A stretch of 64,000 nucleotides of DNA, from NCBI RefSeq assembly GCF_964194025.1, contig NC_134471.1, forward strand, positions 63,364,001-63,428,000. The letters run 5' to 3'. Origin of the DNA: Convolutriloba macropyga (taxonomy: Eukaryota). A model generated the notes under the pieces. The model was not told the DNA's origin, ran no database searches, and saw only the letters and a list, made by a program, of their open reading frames with translations. Position numbers and translations under genes: made by a program. Shown one piece after another: positions 39,347 through 53,211 of the stretch (its first letter is position 1; each line of letters starts with the position of its first letter).

Positions 39347-41129
39347 AGCTGAATCAATTTGAAGATAAAATGGTTTTGAGTTCGAGTTAAACCAAACCTT
39401 CAACTCTCTCAAAAAAAACAACGTCCTGATTGGTTCAATTTGAAAAAATGTTCAAAACGAAATTTCCAGGGACAATTTTTTTGCAATAAGTTAAGTATAG
39501 GATTGCACAGGTCTTAAAAATATCCTTGCGCAAGGTTCACAGCCCAATCAGTTAAATTAGGAGATCGATGAAGCTTTAGAAACAACATTTTTTAAAATCC
39601 CGTATGAGGTTGTTAAAAGTTTTTTGCAAATTTGGTCTGTGCTTCATGCAATTTATATCATTCGAAACTGAGGGCGTAGATCAATCATGTTGTTTGCAAA
39701 TCCATTTGCATATATGATTGGTATTCTGGCCAAAGAGGGCTACATTCATGTCTTATGCAAAGTTGAAGAAGTAGCAATGTTTTGCCGTAATAGCCGGAGA
39801 GACATATGCGTAATTTCAATGCAACAAATGCGTAATTTATATGCAATGACTTGTTTTAGCAAGCCCTATATTGTTAAATAGTTTTATTGATGTTCTAGTG
39901 CAACTGAAAATCTATTTGTATAGGTAAGAAAAATATTGTAAAGGTAATCTTGTAAAGGTAAGAAAAATGTTTTTTAAAATTGGAAAAAAAAAGATTTTTA
40001 AAATTGGAAAAAAATGCTTTTCATACTTGGCGAAAAGCTAACTTCATCATGCTTATGATCAAAAATTCAGAGCTTGAGATTTTAGCAGATAATTTACAAA
40101 ACCTCGTGAGCACGATTTTTCAAAACGTCTGGCAGCCACATGTTTCCAATTGAAAACAGGTGTTTGCAAAAACCGGGTTCCCGGGGTTTTTTGGCCTTGA
40201 TGATCATAACCTTTTATTTCTGTTACAAGGCCGTAAGAAAAACGCATTCTCAGCAGAACAACCAAATGATTGATTTTTTTCAATCTTTTCAGTTCTTTTT
40301 TTTTTCAATTTTTTTGTTTTTTTTTAAGTAACACCTAAAAAACCACAGGGATAACATTGAAACGTTAACAAATTTCAAATTATCTGAAAGGAAAAAAAAA
40401 ATTTTTCCAAATTTCATAGCTTTCACAATATTTTTGCCTTTTAACAAAAACCTTTTTTTCTGTAACAGATATGAAAAGTTTTATGGAAACCAAAAATTTA
40501 GAGCGTCTTGTTTTACATAACATGAGATACTTATCAGTAGTTTCCTCATCAGTCTTCCAATTGTAAGGGGATAAGTTAAAGACAAAAATATATGAGTGAA
40601 CATAGATTTTGTTCTCTGTGACCCGGAAATTGTGCTCCTCCAAAATTTTTGTTTGGAGGTTTTGGTGGAAAGCTGTGCGCTCACCAAAATGTCTTCCTAC
40701 AGATGTAAAATTTTTTTGTTTTTATTGTTTTTTTTTGTTTTTCTTCAAAAAATTGCCAATTTTTCGAGAAATTTGTTCAAAAAGTGATTGAAAATTGGCA
40801 AAGACAACACTCCTCAATAGAGTTGTCACAGAGTCCTGTTTTTGTAGACCATACTGTGCTCTATAAAACCATGTTTATACATGTTTCTTCATTTTGCGAT
40901 TATAATCACCTTTTACAGGTTTTCAAAAAATTTTTTTTCAACTTCGCTTTAAGCCGCCGATTGTTTTTCAATTTTCAAAAATCAAACTAATAATTGTTAA
41001 TTTTTAATTTTGTACACAAGAAACTAGTAATCCCCCTTACAAAATCGATACAAATTAAGCCTAGGAATTGACTCAACATTTTTATATAAAACAATTTGTG
41101 ATTACGGTAATAAATAATTTTTCACACCA

Positions 41130-41575
41130 TCAAACTGAGAGTTTGAATTTCCTTTCAGAAATTCTATCAAAGAATTTTTCATAGGGACCAATGGACCTTC
41201 TTTTTCTCGGCGCAAGGGTAACTTTTGGAGTCTCGGAGTTTTCAGGTGTTGTCTCTGTTCTTCTGTATTCATTTTCTGTTGTTGTTTCATGCATGTTTTC
41301 CAAAATTGTTTTTTGTGTCTTTGAACCCGAGCAAGACGGTGTTCTGAAGTCGGTCGCAGACAAATTATGTATCAATTGACTTGCAGTTTGCAGTGAGACG
41401 AAATTCCATGCAAGCTTCTGCTCTGTAATGGGGGAAAACAGATACGGTGAGCTCTCGGGTCCCAATGTCATTGGCAGTGTCACAATGTCATAGGGGTAAA
41501 GAAGATGTGTTAACGACAAAGGTGAAACGAACCCGCCTGAAGTGATAAAGGTTCCACCACAATCTTCATTCATCT
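41130..41575 (-). CDS. Polinton hypothetical protein (likely start MNEDCGG within the 275-aa ORF)
   Basis: Open frame with T/E/K-rich tail and PRKRR basic patch; no known domain recognised. Confidence 0.4.
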
Positions 41576-42278
41576 TTTTCTCCGGCCGCGTTGCAACGAA
41601 GTAAACGAAGATTTTAAGTATCAAGAAGTGCTCAAGCTTTGTCCAATTCTCCTTTTTCTTGTTTGTTCTTTTTTGTTGGATAAACAATTTTGGAATGCTT
41701 TGAAAAGATGATAAGCGAATTGAATGTTTCTGATATTTCAACAAGAAAAAGGTTTGAAAGTATTTTAAGCGAGAGGATAATTGTTCACAAATTTGATTTC
41801 TGCTCAGACAGTGGATATTCAACAAATTTAAGGAGTTGCTGTTTCGAAACTGAAATGAAATAAAATGTAGCGGGGAATTGACCCCCATATAGTTTATGTA
41901 AGTTTGCAATGGTTCCATTGGCCTCCTTTGTCTGCCCCCGGCACACTCAAAGACCAACTATTTTGGCCATGATTTTTGATGGAAAACATATATGCTTTAT
42001 TGCACCAGCCTTAAGACTGCACATGTGTTGACAAAATTTGATTGAACGCCAGGTGTTTTTCATTAATTTACAAAAATTATCAAGTCGGATAAGTAGACCA
42101 CACACGTGTAACCCACGCTTGCCGCGCGCCTGAGGTGGGGAGCACGTTTTTTGTAAATTAAACCAGTTTTTGTTACGAGGGAAATACCACACCTAACACC
42201 TATTCTCCTCTTATCCGTCAGCTTCTTTGAAACTCATGGCGTTAAGGACTATTACCAGTGTGTATTTGTGTTTGGATA

Positions 42279-42312
42279 TGTGTGAGTTTGTGTGTGTGTG
42301 TGTGTGTGTGTG
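42279..42312. repeat. (TG)n microsatellite
   Basis: Direct read. Confidence 0.9.
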
Positions 42313-43114
42313 CAGTAACAAGGCTATGTCAAAAATTTTCTCGTGTTGTTCTAATTAAATCTCGGCGATTTATGAGGAAAATACACGGACCTCTGCAGAC
42401 ATTGAGATATGTGAATTACGTGAAACACCCATATCAGTACCGTTTCGGAATGAATACTGAATATTTGAAAAAAATTAACTTTTCAATTTTTAATTTGTGC
42501 TGAACAACCGGATTATATGATGTAAAAAGTTATGCTGTGTGTTCACTTTGAGAATCCTATTTAAACTTTGAAAACTAATCATTACCATGTTTTGGTGGAA
42601 ACATCAGACGTGACAAAGTCTTCAGACAAATCAAAGTTTTAAAAGTTTTTATACAGTGCCTTGTCTCTACACACCTTTCAAGATTTTTTTGACAATTCAA
42701 TTACCCTAAAGCTTAATGGAGAAATTTTTCAAAAGCTTAATTTGGCGCGCGAAAAAAACAAAAATTTGACTTCCACTTATACAGAAACTGTTCCCAAACT
42801 TCTCTAAGGTAGCTGCTAATCAAAAGGTCAACAACAGCAACAACAGCAGCAACGTGACATTGAAAGGAGGCAATCAACGACGACTACAGCAAGGAAGCAG
42901 CTCACTGTTTCAACTCCGTCAAAAGTCATTGCAAAATTGTATTACAAACCCAATAACCAAAAAACTTGTACTGATAGCTTTGAAAGTTAATCTCTAAAGA
43001 GATTTCAAAATAATCTTGTCTGGGCCACCATCAGGTGCTGTCTGCCAAATTATGAACATATTTTTGAGCGGATATGGTAATTTGCTTGCTTTTTGAATTT
43101 GATGTTTTGCTTGT

Positions 43115-46100
43115 ACTTCAGCTGCCGGAATTTGCCCGGTGTTCTCTTTGTGTGAATAACTTTTGCATGTCAACCAAATTGCTTTCGCATCTTTGTTATG
43201 AGAAAATTCAGTTTCAATGAAATTTTTGTGAGCATATTTTCCATTTGACTTTGAAGTTTTTAATCCATTGGCAGATACTAAGCAGTCAGAAAAGAGCGAA
43301 TGAAAAACATTTTTGCAGAATTAGGGGCGTCTGTTTTGGTTACTTTTGCTGCAGCTCTTTTGTCATATTTCAAATAGGCTTCAGAAGCTTGACCTATCTT
43401 GCATTGATTTCCAGGTTTTTTTTGTAGGGCAATAAAACTATTCTTTCTCCAGCCACCTCAAATTCAAGCATGGGTCCGTTAGGGCTTTAAACCGGCCCTA
43501 CTTTTTCACAAAAAATTTCCATCAAAAGGTACAAGAAGCTCAGATTTTTCAAATAAATCCCTACAATTCTTTATACAAACATTTTGTATAATGTTAGTTT
43601 CTGTCCATGCGGATCAGCAAAAATTTGATTGCCATTCTTCCTACACAAAAAGTTCCAATGTGCTCCAATAGAACCAGATTTCGATACATTCACATTTATG
43701 AGTTTGTTCTGTGATAAATTCAAGGGAACATTATCAGCTGCAAATACACAAAAAAAATTGTATTTTAGAAGTTTACATGCTTGAACCAGGCTGTTTATTT
43801 TGTCTTCATCCATCAGTTTGCCAGAACATGATTTTTCAAAACTTTCCGAGCCAATTTGATGAAAATAAGGCTCGCATTCTCGTCATTATTGAAAATTTCT
43901 ATATTACATGCCTAGGCAGCTGAGAACTTGAGTTCAAAAGAAATTGAACAATTGTTGATTTAAGGGTGAATAAAATCATGCGACGCCTGCTGAGTGCTAG
44001 TGAGATCAAACACCATAAGAAATTCGCTTGGCTACTCAGACAATTTCATTCCATGACCATTGTCAATATAGGCTAAGTCTGACATTGTGTTGAAATATAA
44101 GCGTTTTTCACCAGTTGTATTTTTTGGACTGTCAGCAACAGGAAGGCCATTTTAGGTAAATACACATCTGCTATAGATTGAATTTAGGGAAGTGGAAACG
44201 ATTAAGTTGTTTGCTTCCTGAAATTTTTTCTTTTGTGTTAAGGCATATAGCAAGACGTTGAAATGGCTGCGTACTGGAAACGTCCTCTTGTTTCCAGATT
44301 TGCAAGCCAGTGGAAGCAAGAAACGTTTTAGTTATGGTCTCCAAATGTGGATAGGACGCTGGACTTGATAGTAAAGTTTTTTCAATCGCAGAAACCACGT
44401 CATCAATAAACGTCAGTTTTCTCACATACAAATTAGCTTCTATAATTTTTTTGTGAGATATTGCAGCAGCGTCGGAAATTGTGACAAAATCATCTATTGA
44501 TCATCCAAAAGAAATTCTTAGCGTCACACCACTCAAAAGATGTTGATCGCAAGTGAAAAAAGCCAACAGCTACTTCTCCAAAAATCATATTCGGCAGAGT
44601 GTCTAACGAATGCTTTTCGTCAATTAACTTCAGCTGCCGGAATTTGCCCGGTGTTCTCTTTGTGTGAAAAACTTTGGCATGCCAACCAAGTTGCTTTCGC
44701 ATCTTTGTTATGAGAAAATTCAGTTTCAAGGAAACTTTTGTGTTCATATTTTCCATTTGACTTTGAAGTTTTTAATCCATTTGCAAATACAAAGCAGTCA
44801 GAAAAGAGCGAATGAAAACATTTTTGCAGAATTAGGGGCGTCTGTTTTGGTTACTTTTGCTGCAGCTCCTTTGTCATATTTCAAATAGGCTTCAGAAGCT
44901 TGAACTACCTTGCATTGATTTCCAAGAATTTTTTTTGTAGGGCAATAAAACTATTCTTTCTCCAGCCACCTCAAATTCAAGCATGGGTCCGTTAGGGCTT
45001 TAAACCGGCCGTACTTTTTCACAAAAATTTCCATCAAAAGTTACAAGAAGCGCAGATTTTTCAAATAAATCCCTACAATTCATTATACAAATATTTTGTA
45101 TAATGTTAGTTTCTGTCCATGCGATCAACAAAAAATTGATTGCCATTCTTCCTACACAAAAGGTTCCAATATGCTCCAATAGAACCAGATTTCGATACAT
45201 TCACAATTATGAATTTGTTCTGTGATAAATTCAAGGAAACAATATCAGCTGCAAATACACAAAAAAATTTGTATTTAAGAAGTTTACATGCTTGAACCAG
45301 GCTGTTTATTTTGTCTTCATCCATCAGCTTGCCAGAACATGATTTTTCAAAACTTTCCGAGCCAAATGGATGAAAATAAGGCTCGCTTTCTCGTCATTAT
45401 TGAAAATTTCTATATTACATGGCAAGGCAGCTGAGAACTTGATTTCAAAAGAAATTGAAGAATTGTTAATTTCAGGGTGAATAAAATCATGCGAAGCCTG
45501 CTGAGTGCTAGCAAGATCAGACACTTTAAAAAAAACGCTCGGCTACTCAGACAATTTAATTCCATGACCACTGTCAATATAGGCTAAATCTGACGTTGTG
45601 TTGAAATATAAGCCTTTTCATCAGTTGTATTTATTTGGTCTGTCAGCAACAGGAAGGCCATTTTAGGTAAATACACATCTGCTCTAGATTGAATTTAGGG
45701 AAGTGGAAAGGATTAAGTTGTTTGCTTCCTGAAATTTTTTCTTTTGTGTTAAGGCATATAGCAAGACGTTGAAATGGCTGCGTACTGGAAACGTCCTCTT
45801 GTTTCCAGATTTGCAAGCCAGTGGAAGCAAGAAACGTTTTAGTTATGGTCTCCAAATGTGGATAGGACGCTGGACTTGATAGTAAAGTTTTTTCAATCGC
45901 AGAAACCACGTCATCAATAAACGTCAGTTTTCTCACATACAAATTAGCTTCTATAATTTTTTTGTGAGATATTGCAGCAGCGTCGGAAATTGTGACAAAA
46001 TCATCTATTGATCATCCAAAAGAAGTTCTTAGCGTCACACCACTCAAAAGATGTTGATCGCAAGTGAAAAAAGCCAACAGCTACTTCTCCAAAAAAAGCA

Positions 46101-49100
46101 TATTCGGCAGAGTGTCTAACGAATGCTTTTCGTCTATTAACTTCAGCTGCTGGAATTTGCCCGGTGTTCTCTTTGTGTGAAAAACTTTGGCATGCCAACC
46201 AAGTTGCTTTCGCATCTTTGTTATGAGAAAATTCAGTTTCAAGGAAACTTTTGTGTTCATATTTTCCATTTGACTTTGAAATTTTTAATCCATTTGCAAA
46301 TACAAAGCAGTCAGAAAAGAGCGAATGAAAACATTTTTGCAGAATTAGGGGCGTCTGTTTTGGTTACTTTTGCTGCAGCTCCTTTGTCATATTTCAAATA
46401 GGCTTCAGAAGCTTGAACTACCTTGCATTGATTTCCAAGAATTTTTTTTGTAGGGCAATAAAACTATTCTTTCTCCAGCCACCTAAAATTCAAGCATGGG
46501 TCCGTTAGGGCTTTAAACCGGGCGTACTTATTCAAAAAAATTTCCATCAAAAGTTACAAGAAGCGCAGATTTTTCAAATAAATCCCTACAATTCATTATA
46601 CAAATATTTTGTATAATGTTAGTTTCTGTCCATGCGGATCAACAAAAAATTGATTGCCATTCTTCCTACACAAAAGGTTCCAATATGCTCCAATAGAACC
46701 AGATTTCGATACACTCACAATTATGAATTTGTTCTGTGATAAATTCAAGGAAACAATATCAGCTGCAAATACACAAAAAAATTTGTATTTAAGAAGTTTA
46801 CATGCTTGAACCAGGCTGTTTATTTTGTCTTCATCCATCAGCTTGCCAGAACATGATTTTTCAAAACTTTCCGAGCCAAATGGATGAAAATAAGGCTCGC
46901 TTTCTCGTCATTATTGAAAATTTCTATATTACATGGCAAGGCAGCTGAGAACTTGAGTTCATAAGAAATTGAAGAATTGTTAATTTCAGGGTGAATAAAA
47001 TCATGCGAAGCCTGCTGAGTGCTAGCAAGATCAGACACTTTAAAAAAATCGCTCGGCTACTCAGACAATTTAATTCCATGACCACTGTCAATATAGGCTA
47101 AATCTGACGTTGTGTTGAAATATAAGCCTTTTCATCAGTTGTATTTATTTGGTCTGTCAGCAACAGGAAGGCCATTTTAGGTAAATACACATCTGCTCCA
47201 GATTGAATTTAGGGAAGTGGAAAGGATTGAGTTGTTTGCTTCCTGAAATTTTTTCAATTGTGTTAAGGCATATTGCAAGACGTTGAAATGGCTGCGTACT
47301 GGAAACGTCCTCTTGTTTCCAGATTTGCAAGCCAGTGGAAGCAAGAAACGTTTTAGTTATGGTCTCCAAATGTGGATAGGACGCTGGACTTGATAGTAAA
47401 GTTTTTTCAATCGCAGAAACCACGTCATCAAAAAACGTCAGTTTTCTCACATACAAATTAGCTTCTATAATTTTTTTGTGAGATATTGCAGCAGCGTCGG
47501 AAATTGTGACAAAATCATCTATTGATCATCCAAAAGAAATTCTTAGCGTCACACCACTCAAAAGATGTTGATCGCAAGTGAAAAAAGCCAACAGCTACTT
47601 CTCCAAAAAAGCATATTCGGCAGAGTCTCTAACGAATGCTTTTCGTCTATTAACTTCAGCTGCCGGAATTTGCCCGGTGTTCTCTTTGTGTGAAAAACTT
47701 TGGCATGCCAACCAAGTTGCTTTCGCATCTTTGTTATGAGAAAATTCAGTTTCAAGGAAACTTTTGTGTTCATATTTTCCATTTGACTTTGAAATTTTTA
47801 ATCCATTTGCAAATACAAAGCAGTCAGAAAAGAGTGAATGAAAACATTTTTGCAGAATTAGGGGCGTCTGTTTTGGTTACTTTTGCTGCAGCTCCTTTGT
47901 CATATTTCAAATAGGCTTCAGAAGCTTGAACTACCTTGCATTGATTTCCAAGAATTTTTTTTTGTAGGGCAATAAAACTATTCTTTCTCCAGCCACCTCA
48001 AATTCAAGCATGGGTCCGTTAGGGCTTTAAACCGGCCGTACTTTTTCACAAAAATTTCCATCAAAAGTTACAAGAAGCGCAGATTTTCAAATAAATCCCT
48101 ACAATTCATTATACAAAAATTTTGTATAATGTTAGTTTCTGTCCATGCGGATCAACAAAAAATTGATTGCCATTCTTCCTACACAAAAGGTTCCAATATG
48201 CTCCAATAGAACCAGATTTCGATACATTCACAATTATGAATTTGTTCTGTGATAATTTCAAGGAAACAATATCAGCTGCAAATACACAAAAAAATTTGTA
48301 TTTAAGAAGTTTACATGCTTGAACCAGGCTGTTTATTTTGTCTTCATCCATCAGCTTGCCAGAACATGATTTTTCAAAACTTTCCGAGCCAAATGGATGA
48401 AAATAAGGCTCGCTTTCTCGTCATTATTGAAAATTTCTATATTACATGGCAAGGCAGCTGAGAACTTGAGTTCAAAAGAAATTGAAGAATTGTTAATTTC
48501 AGGGTGAATAAAATCATTCGAAGCCTGCTGAGTGCTAGCAAGATCAGACACTTTAATAAAATCGCTCGGCTACTCAGACAATTTAATTCCATGACCACTG
48601 TCAATATAGGCTAAATCTGACGTTGTGTTGAAATATAAGCCTTTTCATCAGTTGTATTTATTTGGTCTGTCAGCAACAGGAAGGCCATTTTAGGTCAATA
48701 CACATCTGCTCCAGATTGAATTTAGGGAAGTGGAAAGAATTGAGTTGTTTGCTTCCTAAAAATTCTTCATTTGTGTTAAGGCATATAGCAAGACGTCGAA
48801 TTGGCTCCGTATTGAAAACATCCTCTTGTTTCCAGCTTTGCAAGCCAGTGGAAGCAAGAAACGTTTTTTTATTGGTCTCCAAATGTGGATAGGACGCTGG
48901 ACTTGATAGTAAAGTTTTTTCAATCGCAGAAACCACGTCATCGTTCAACGTCATTTTTAACACATACAGATTGACTTCTATGATTTATTTTGTAGGATTT
49001 TGCAGCTTCGTCGAAAATTACGACAAAATCATCTATTGATCATCCAAAAAAAAATTCACAGCGTCACACCACTCAAAAGATGTCGATCTCATGTAAAAAG

Positions 49101-49620
49101 AATCAACAGCTACTTCTCAATAAAAAGTATATTTGGCAGAGTCTCTAACAAATGCTTTCCGTCTGTTAACTTCAGCTGCTGGAATTTGCCAGGTGTTCTC
49201 TTTGTGTGAATAACTTTGGCATGGCAACCAAGTTTCTTTCACATCTTTGTTTTGAGAAAACTCAGTTTCATTGAAACTTTTGTTAGCATTACCTCCAATT
49301 GACTTTGAAATTTTTAATCCATTGGCAGATACTGTGCAGTCAGAAAAGAGCGAATGTAAAACATTATTGCAGAAGTATGGGCGTCTGTTTTAATTACGTT
49401 TGCTGCAGCTCCAATGTCATATTTCAAATCGCCTTCAGAAGCTTGAACTATCTTGCAATTGATTTCCAGGAAATTTTTTTTTGTAAGGCAATAAAATTTT
49501 TTCTTTCTCCAGCCATCTCAAATTCAAGCATGGGTCTGTTAGGGCTGTAAACCGGTCCTATTTTTGACAATAATTTCCATCAAAAATAAAGAAGCGCTGG
49601 TTTTTCGAATAAATCCAGGG
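43115..49620 (-). repeat. ~1513-bp tandem array (~4.3 units) of major capsid gene plus 5' half of the protease
   Basis: MDEDKINSLVQACKLLKY ORFs start at 43813, 45324, 46838 and 48351; MCP fragments recur with the same spacing. Confidence 0.96.
43571..43813 (-). pseudogene. Adenain-like cysteine protease, 5' half (only copy retaining the catalytic-His motif GAHW)
   Basis: VFAAD..P....INVN....GAHW....FADPHG. The C-terminal Q/C motif is absent. Copies at 45106-45324, 46596-46838 and 48109-48351 read GAYW. Confidence 0.85.
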
Positions 49621-49648
49621 AACTATTTGTTACCTCTTTCGCTAACAT
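48351..49648 (-). pseudogene. Polinton major capsid protein (double jelly-roll), copy with the original start
   Basis: MLAKEVTNSSLDLFEKP..GPVYSPNRPMLEFE; LSSPASYPHLE; PIRRLAIC; FHFPKFNL; SISFELKFSAALP. ~430 codons; stop overlaps the protease ATG (TGATG). Confidence 0.88.
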
Positions 49649-49659
49649 AATACCGGTAA

Positions 49660-50100
49660 ACTTTATCTTTAGCAAAGAAATCCGACCGACTTCTTGTTGG
49701 CTGTTTATTTTTTTAAATGAATGCTTGTCTCATAATAGTTATTTTTCTAGCTTTTGAACTAGAAAGTTTTGATTGTATCCGATTCATTCGGTTTTGTCGT
49801 CTCATTGGCCGTGCTTAGGCGCCTCTTTATTGCTTTTTGACTGTATTCGAAAAAGTGTTTTTCATCGCCTGCTTTGCGGATTTATTTTTTGCTGACAACA
49901 TCCACTAACTCTGGTACACTTTGTAAGAGAAGTTCTTTTCCGACAGGTTTTGCTGCGGGTAGAATGAATTTTCGTGCAAGCGGTAAGGCGATTCGACCTA
50001 TGCAACTTGCTAAAACTCCAAAGCCGATTCCGATTTGTTTACAGTGTCCAGAAAAATAAAGCAACGAAGATGCTTGATTGGTGTATTACAATTCCATTGT
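49660..50100 (-). pseudogene. Conserved Polinton small core-like protein (QxGxG amphipathic N-terminus, basic tail)
   Basis: KQIGIGFGVLASCIGRIALPLARKFILPAAKPVGKELL, then an R/K-rich tail; lies between the minor and major capsid genes. Confidence 0.6.
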
Positions 50101-50101
50101 T

Positions 50102-50890
50102 TTACTCAACAAATTTTTTAAATTGTAACGTCAATATCACATTACCAGTCCCTGAAAAGGTGACTTGATGACCTGTTTCGGTACGTAGCTCTATGGAAAA
50201 TGATTGAGTCGTATATGAAAGATAGTCCAACTTATAGTCCAACTTTGAACAAACTATTCTATTTGTTGGTTCAAGTTCACCCAAGCTACCGTTTTTCAGA
50301 CGTTGTTTTGAATCAATGACACGTAATAACGGCAACTTAGCATCATTAAAATACTGATACTCAATAATGTTTGTGTAAAAGAATATTAGGTGCTTTTCGC
50401 GCACAGATCAGCTTGGAATTCTCCATAATAAGCTTTTGTCTCATCGATCTTCATTAATTTATTTGTTAAAGCTGTATTTATTTTTTACCTATTTGTACAC
50501 CGTGTCTATCTGGAAATCCTGTAAAACCCACAATACTGGGTACTTCTTCACTAGGGAAAAACATTCCCTCAATTTTACCAAAATTTTTTTTCCTATTTTC
50601 CAGTACTCTTGCTTTTGGGAAACAAAAAATAGGGTAGTCGAATTGTTTGCTTGATAGTAAATGCAAGTTGAGCATTATGATTATATTTCATCAAATCTCT
50701 ATTCACAACTTGCTGAATTTTGGTCGAAAAAACAATTTCACTTAGAGCTACCCTCTAGTTTCCAGATAGTTGAATTTTTATCGTTGAAAAAGTTTCTGAA
50801 CAAAGCTAGTGTAAATTGACCAAAGATCTCCATCGAAGCGCTAGAAATAACATGTACCGTAAACTCATCTTCGAGTCGTTTACTTCCCAT
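50102..50890 (-). pseudogene. Polinton minor capsid (penton) protein
   Basis: EFTVHVISSASMEIF...LSGN*RVALSEIVF; IFFYTNIIEYQ...LPLLRVI; SIELRTETG..F.GTG.VILTLQFKK. Confidence 0.85.
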
Positions 50891-50899
50891 TTTTAGAGG

Positions 50900-51860
50900 A
50901 GTCTCTCAGACTAGTTGAAGCTCTGGTTGGTAGAACTTACCCTGGATAACTTCTTCAAACGCAGCACATAAGAGAATACGTGCGAGGATGCAATGTTGGG
51001 ATCGATGCGATTTCAAATACTTCGCTAGTAAACGACTCTTTGTAACGCTTCCCGAACGTCTCTTCTTTATTCATTATGAGCACAAAAACACCAATAAAGA
51101 GTTCAATTTTGAGAAGTTGATGTATTCGCAATTAAGGACACAAGTCTTGGAATGTCATTCTCTGTGACTTTGTTCGTAGCGAGTATCATCATTCGATTTA
51201 CTCTAGCATTGATTGTTTTAATAAACGCGTCCAATTTGTCTAGATATCAATAACTCCGCTTTTCTTCTAATTATCTAGACATTATTTTTTCAAAGAGCGT
51301 ATGTTTCTTTCCGCAAAAGCAGACTTTTTTCAATTAACGTACTGTATGAATGAAGTCCGCATTCAGTTTATAGGGCTTTGAAGGCACCTTGGAATTCTGT
51401 ACCATCATCCACCCAAATTTTTTCAGGTTGATTAAACTTGATCAACTTTTTGAATGCATGTGCTGTCTTTGTGACATACGTTTTCAGTGGCTCAACCCTG
51501 AGATACCTTGACAAACAGTCGACAGCAACAAGCAGATAATTTACACCACGGTTTTATTTTGCAAGTTTATCAACATACGCTAGATCTACGGACCAGATCG
51601 CATTTATGTCGTTAACAATAACCTTAAACTTTAAGTCTTGGAAACTTGAGGCGACGTGAACGGTATTTATTGAAAGATAGTTTCGTTTCCAGATACAAAT
51701 TGATTTTCATCATTGATAATTTACTCAAATTTTGCAGTCTCGTTGCGTTTCCAAATGACACAGGACCGTTTAAATTGAGCTGGTCAAGTTTTGGCTCATC
51801 GTCAATAGAGATCCCAGGATTTTCTACGCGTCTCTTCCGCTGTCTTCTCTTTAGTTGCAT
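50900..51860 (-). pseudogene. Polinton retroviral-like (rve) integrase
   Basis: WSVDLA, YLLVAVDCLSRY, PEKIWVDDGTEF, AFAERNIRSLK, FTSEVFEI, GKFYQPEL. Confidence 0.93.
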
Positions 51861-52149
51861 CGACTCTTGGCTTTGCGTTTTTTGCCTTCGGTTTAGATCG
51901 TCTTCTTTTTTGCTCTTTTTTTTGTTTTTTGCTTCGGTTGTTTTGATGCAGTTTGCTTTTCATCTGCACTGTAAAACTGGTCTAAAATTTTTTTTTGCTT
52001 GAAAATTATAAAACAGGTCGGATTTCAAGTTCACTCAAGATTTAGGAATTTTTTGACATGTCAAATTTTTGGTGGATTACTGTAGATTGTACAAAAAACC
52101 TGTTACATCTACTCCTTGACACTCGTCGTCAATGTGCAGAATGTTAGTT

Positions 52150-52887
52150 GTTTAAGGAACCCTCTGTGCTTGTTTAAGAAACTTTCTGAAATTGCTCTCG
52201 GACAGCTCGAGCATGTGCTTTAGCATACATAAATCTTTCTCTCTCATCTGTCAAAGTAGAGATAACCGCTTTGGAGGAGATGAAAAATTGTTGGAGCTGG
52301 TTGTACATTATTTGAAAAATAACGTGAAGATTCCGATGTTGTTTTTGGATCTAAGTCAATAAATAAGTGTCCTAAAGGTTGTTTTGTTGCAAATTCATAG
52401 CTTTCCTTCAAAAAATTTGCAGTTTCCATTTAGTTTCCAACATAGCTGATCTGCTGTATATCTCTAGGTGAGTTGAACAAAATGATATGAGTTGTGTTCA
52501 AGTCAATCGTTCGCGACCATTTACTCTTATGAAATAAGCTATGGTTAACATAAACCACACTAATGTTTCTATGGCGTCCAGCTGTTGCAAAACTTTAAAA
52601 TTCTTTGTCATTAAAAATTACTTCACAGGAATCGCCAAATACGAGCAGACAATTTTCCAGCTGAGAAATGAATTCAAATCCAAAAAACTTAATAAAAAAA
52701 TGTTCACTTTACGCTCTATTGTGCTGAAATTTGGCTGTTCGTTTCGATAGAAGTAGTTAATAGAACTAAAGTTGGGATAGAAAATGTTTCTCAATAACAT
52801 TTGAAATATAAGTTCTGTTTTTCCACAACACCACTGACCACAAACAGCGATAAAAAGCCTATCTTCAGTGAATATTATTTTGTTCAT
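52150..52887 (-). pseudogene. A32/FtsK-like DNA packaging ATPase
   Basis: Walker A variant VCGQWCCGKT; GRH; SRTIDLNTTHIILFNSPRD; YEFATKQPLGHLFIDLDPKT. Confidence 0.9.
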
Positions 52888-52899
52888 AGCTTTAGATTT

Positions 52900-53185
52900 G
52901 GAATAGCGTATCTAACTGTGCTTGAAAGCAATTAAAAGCAAAATGTTGATTCTGTACAATCAAGTTGGGAAAACACAAGTTTGATTAAAGACACTACCTT
53001 AAAAAAACTATTATTAACATTTGAGTTAAATAAACGACTTCGGAACCTGGTAGCCGGGAATTAAAAAACTTCCACGAACGCCTCTCTTGATTTTCCTCAT
53101 CAAAAACTAAAATACTCAAACCTCCTCCGTTAGCGGAGTCACTCTGGTCTTCTTTAGCACTCATTTGAAAATATGTTATTTGCAA
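52900..53185 (-). pseudogene. Small hydrophobic (putative membrane) Polinton protein
   Basis: SEVVYLTQMLIIVFL, followed by a second hydrophobic stretch in the adjacent frame; just upstream of the ATPase. Confidence 0.45.
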
Positions 53186-53211
53186 AAATGAATTAACACC
53201 CAGGTTTTTAG

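Noticed and set aside
41575-41957. N-terminal half of the 275-aa ORF as real protein
   Set aside because: AT-rich, F/L/K-biased and starts at TTG; probably a chance extension of a shorter ORF.
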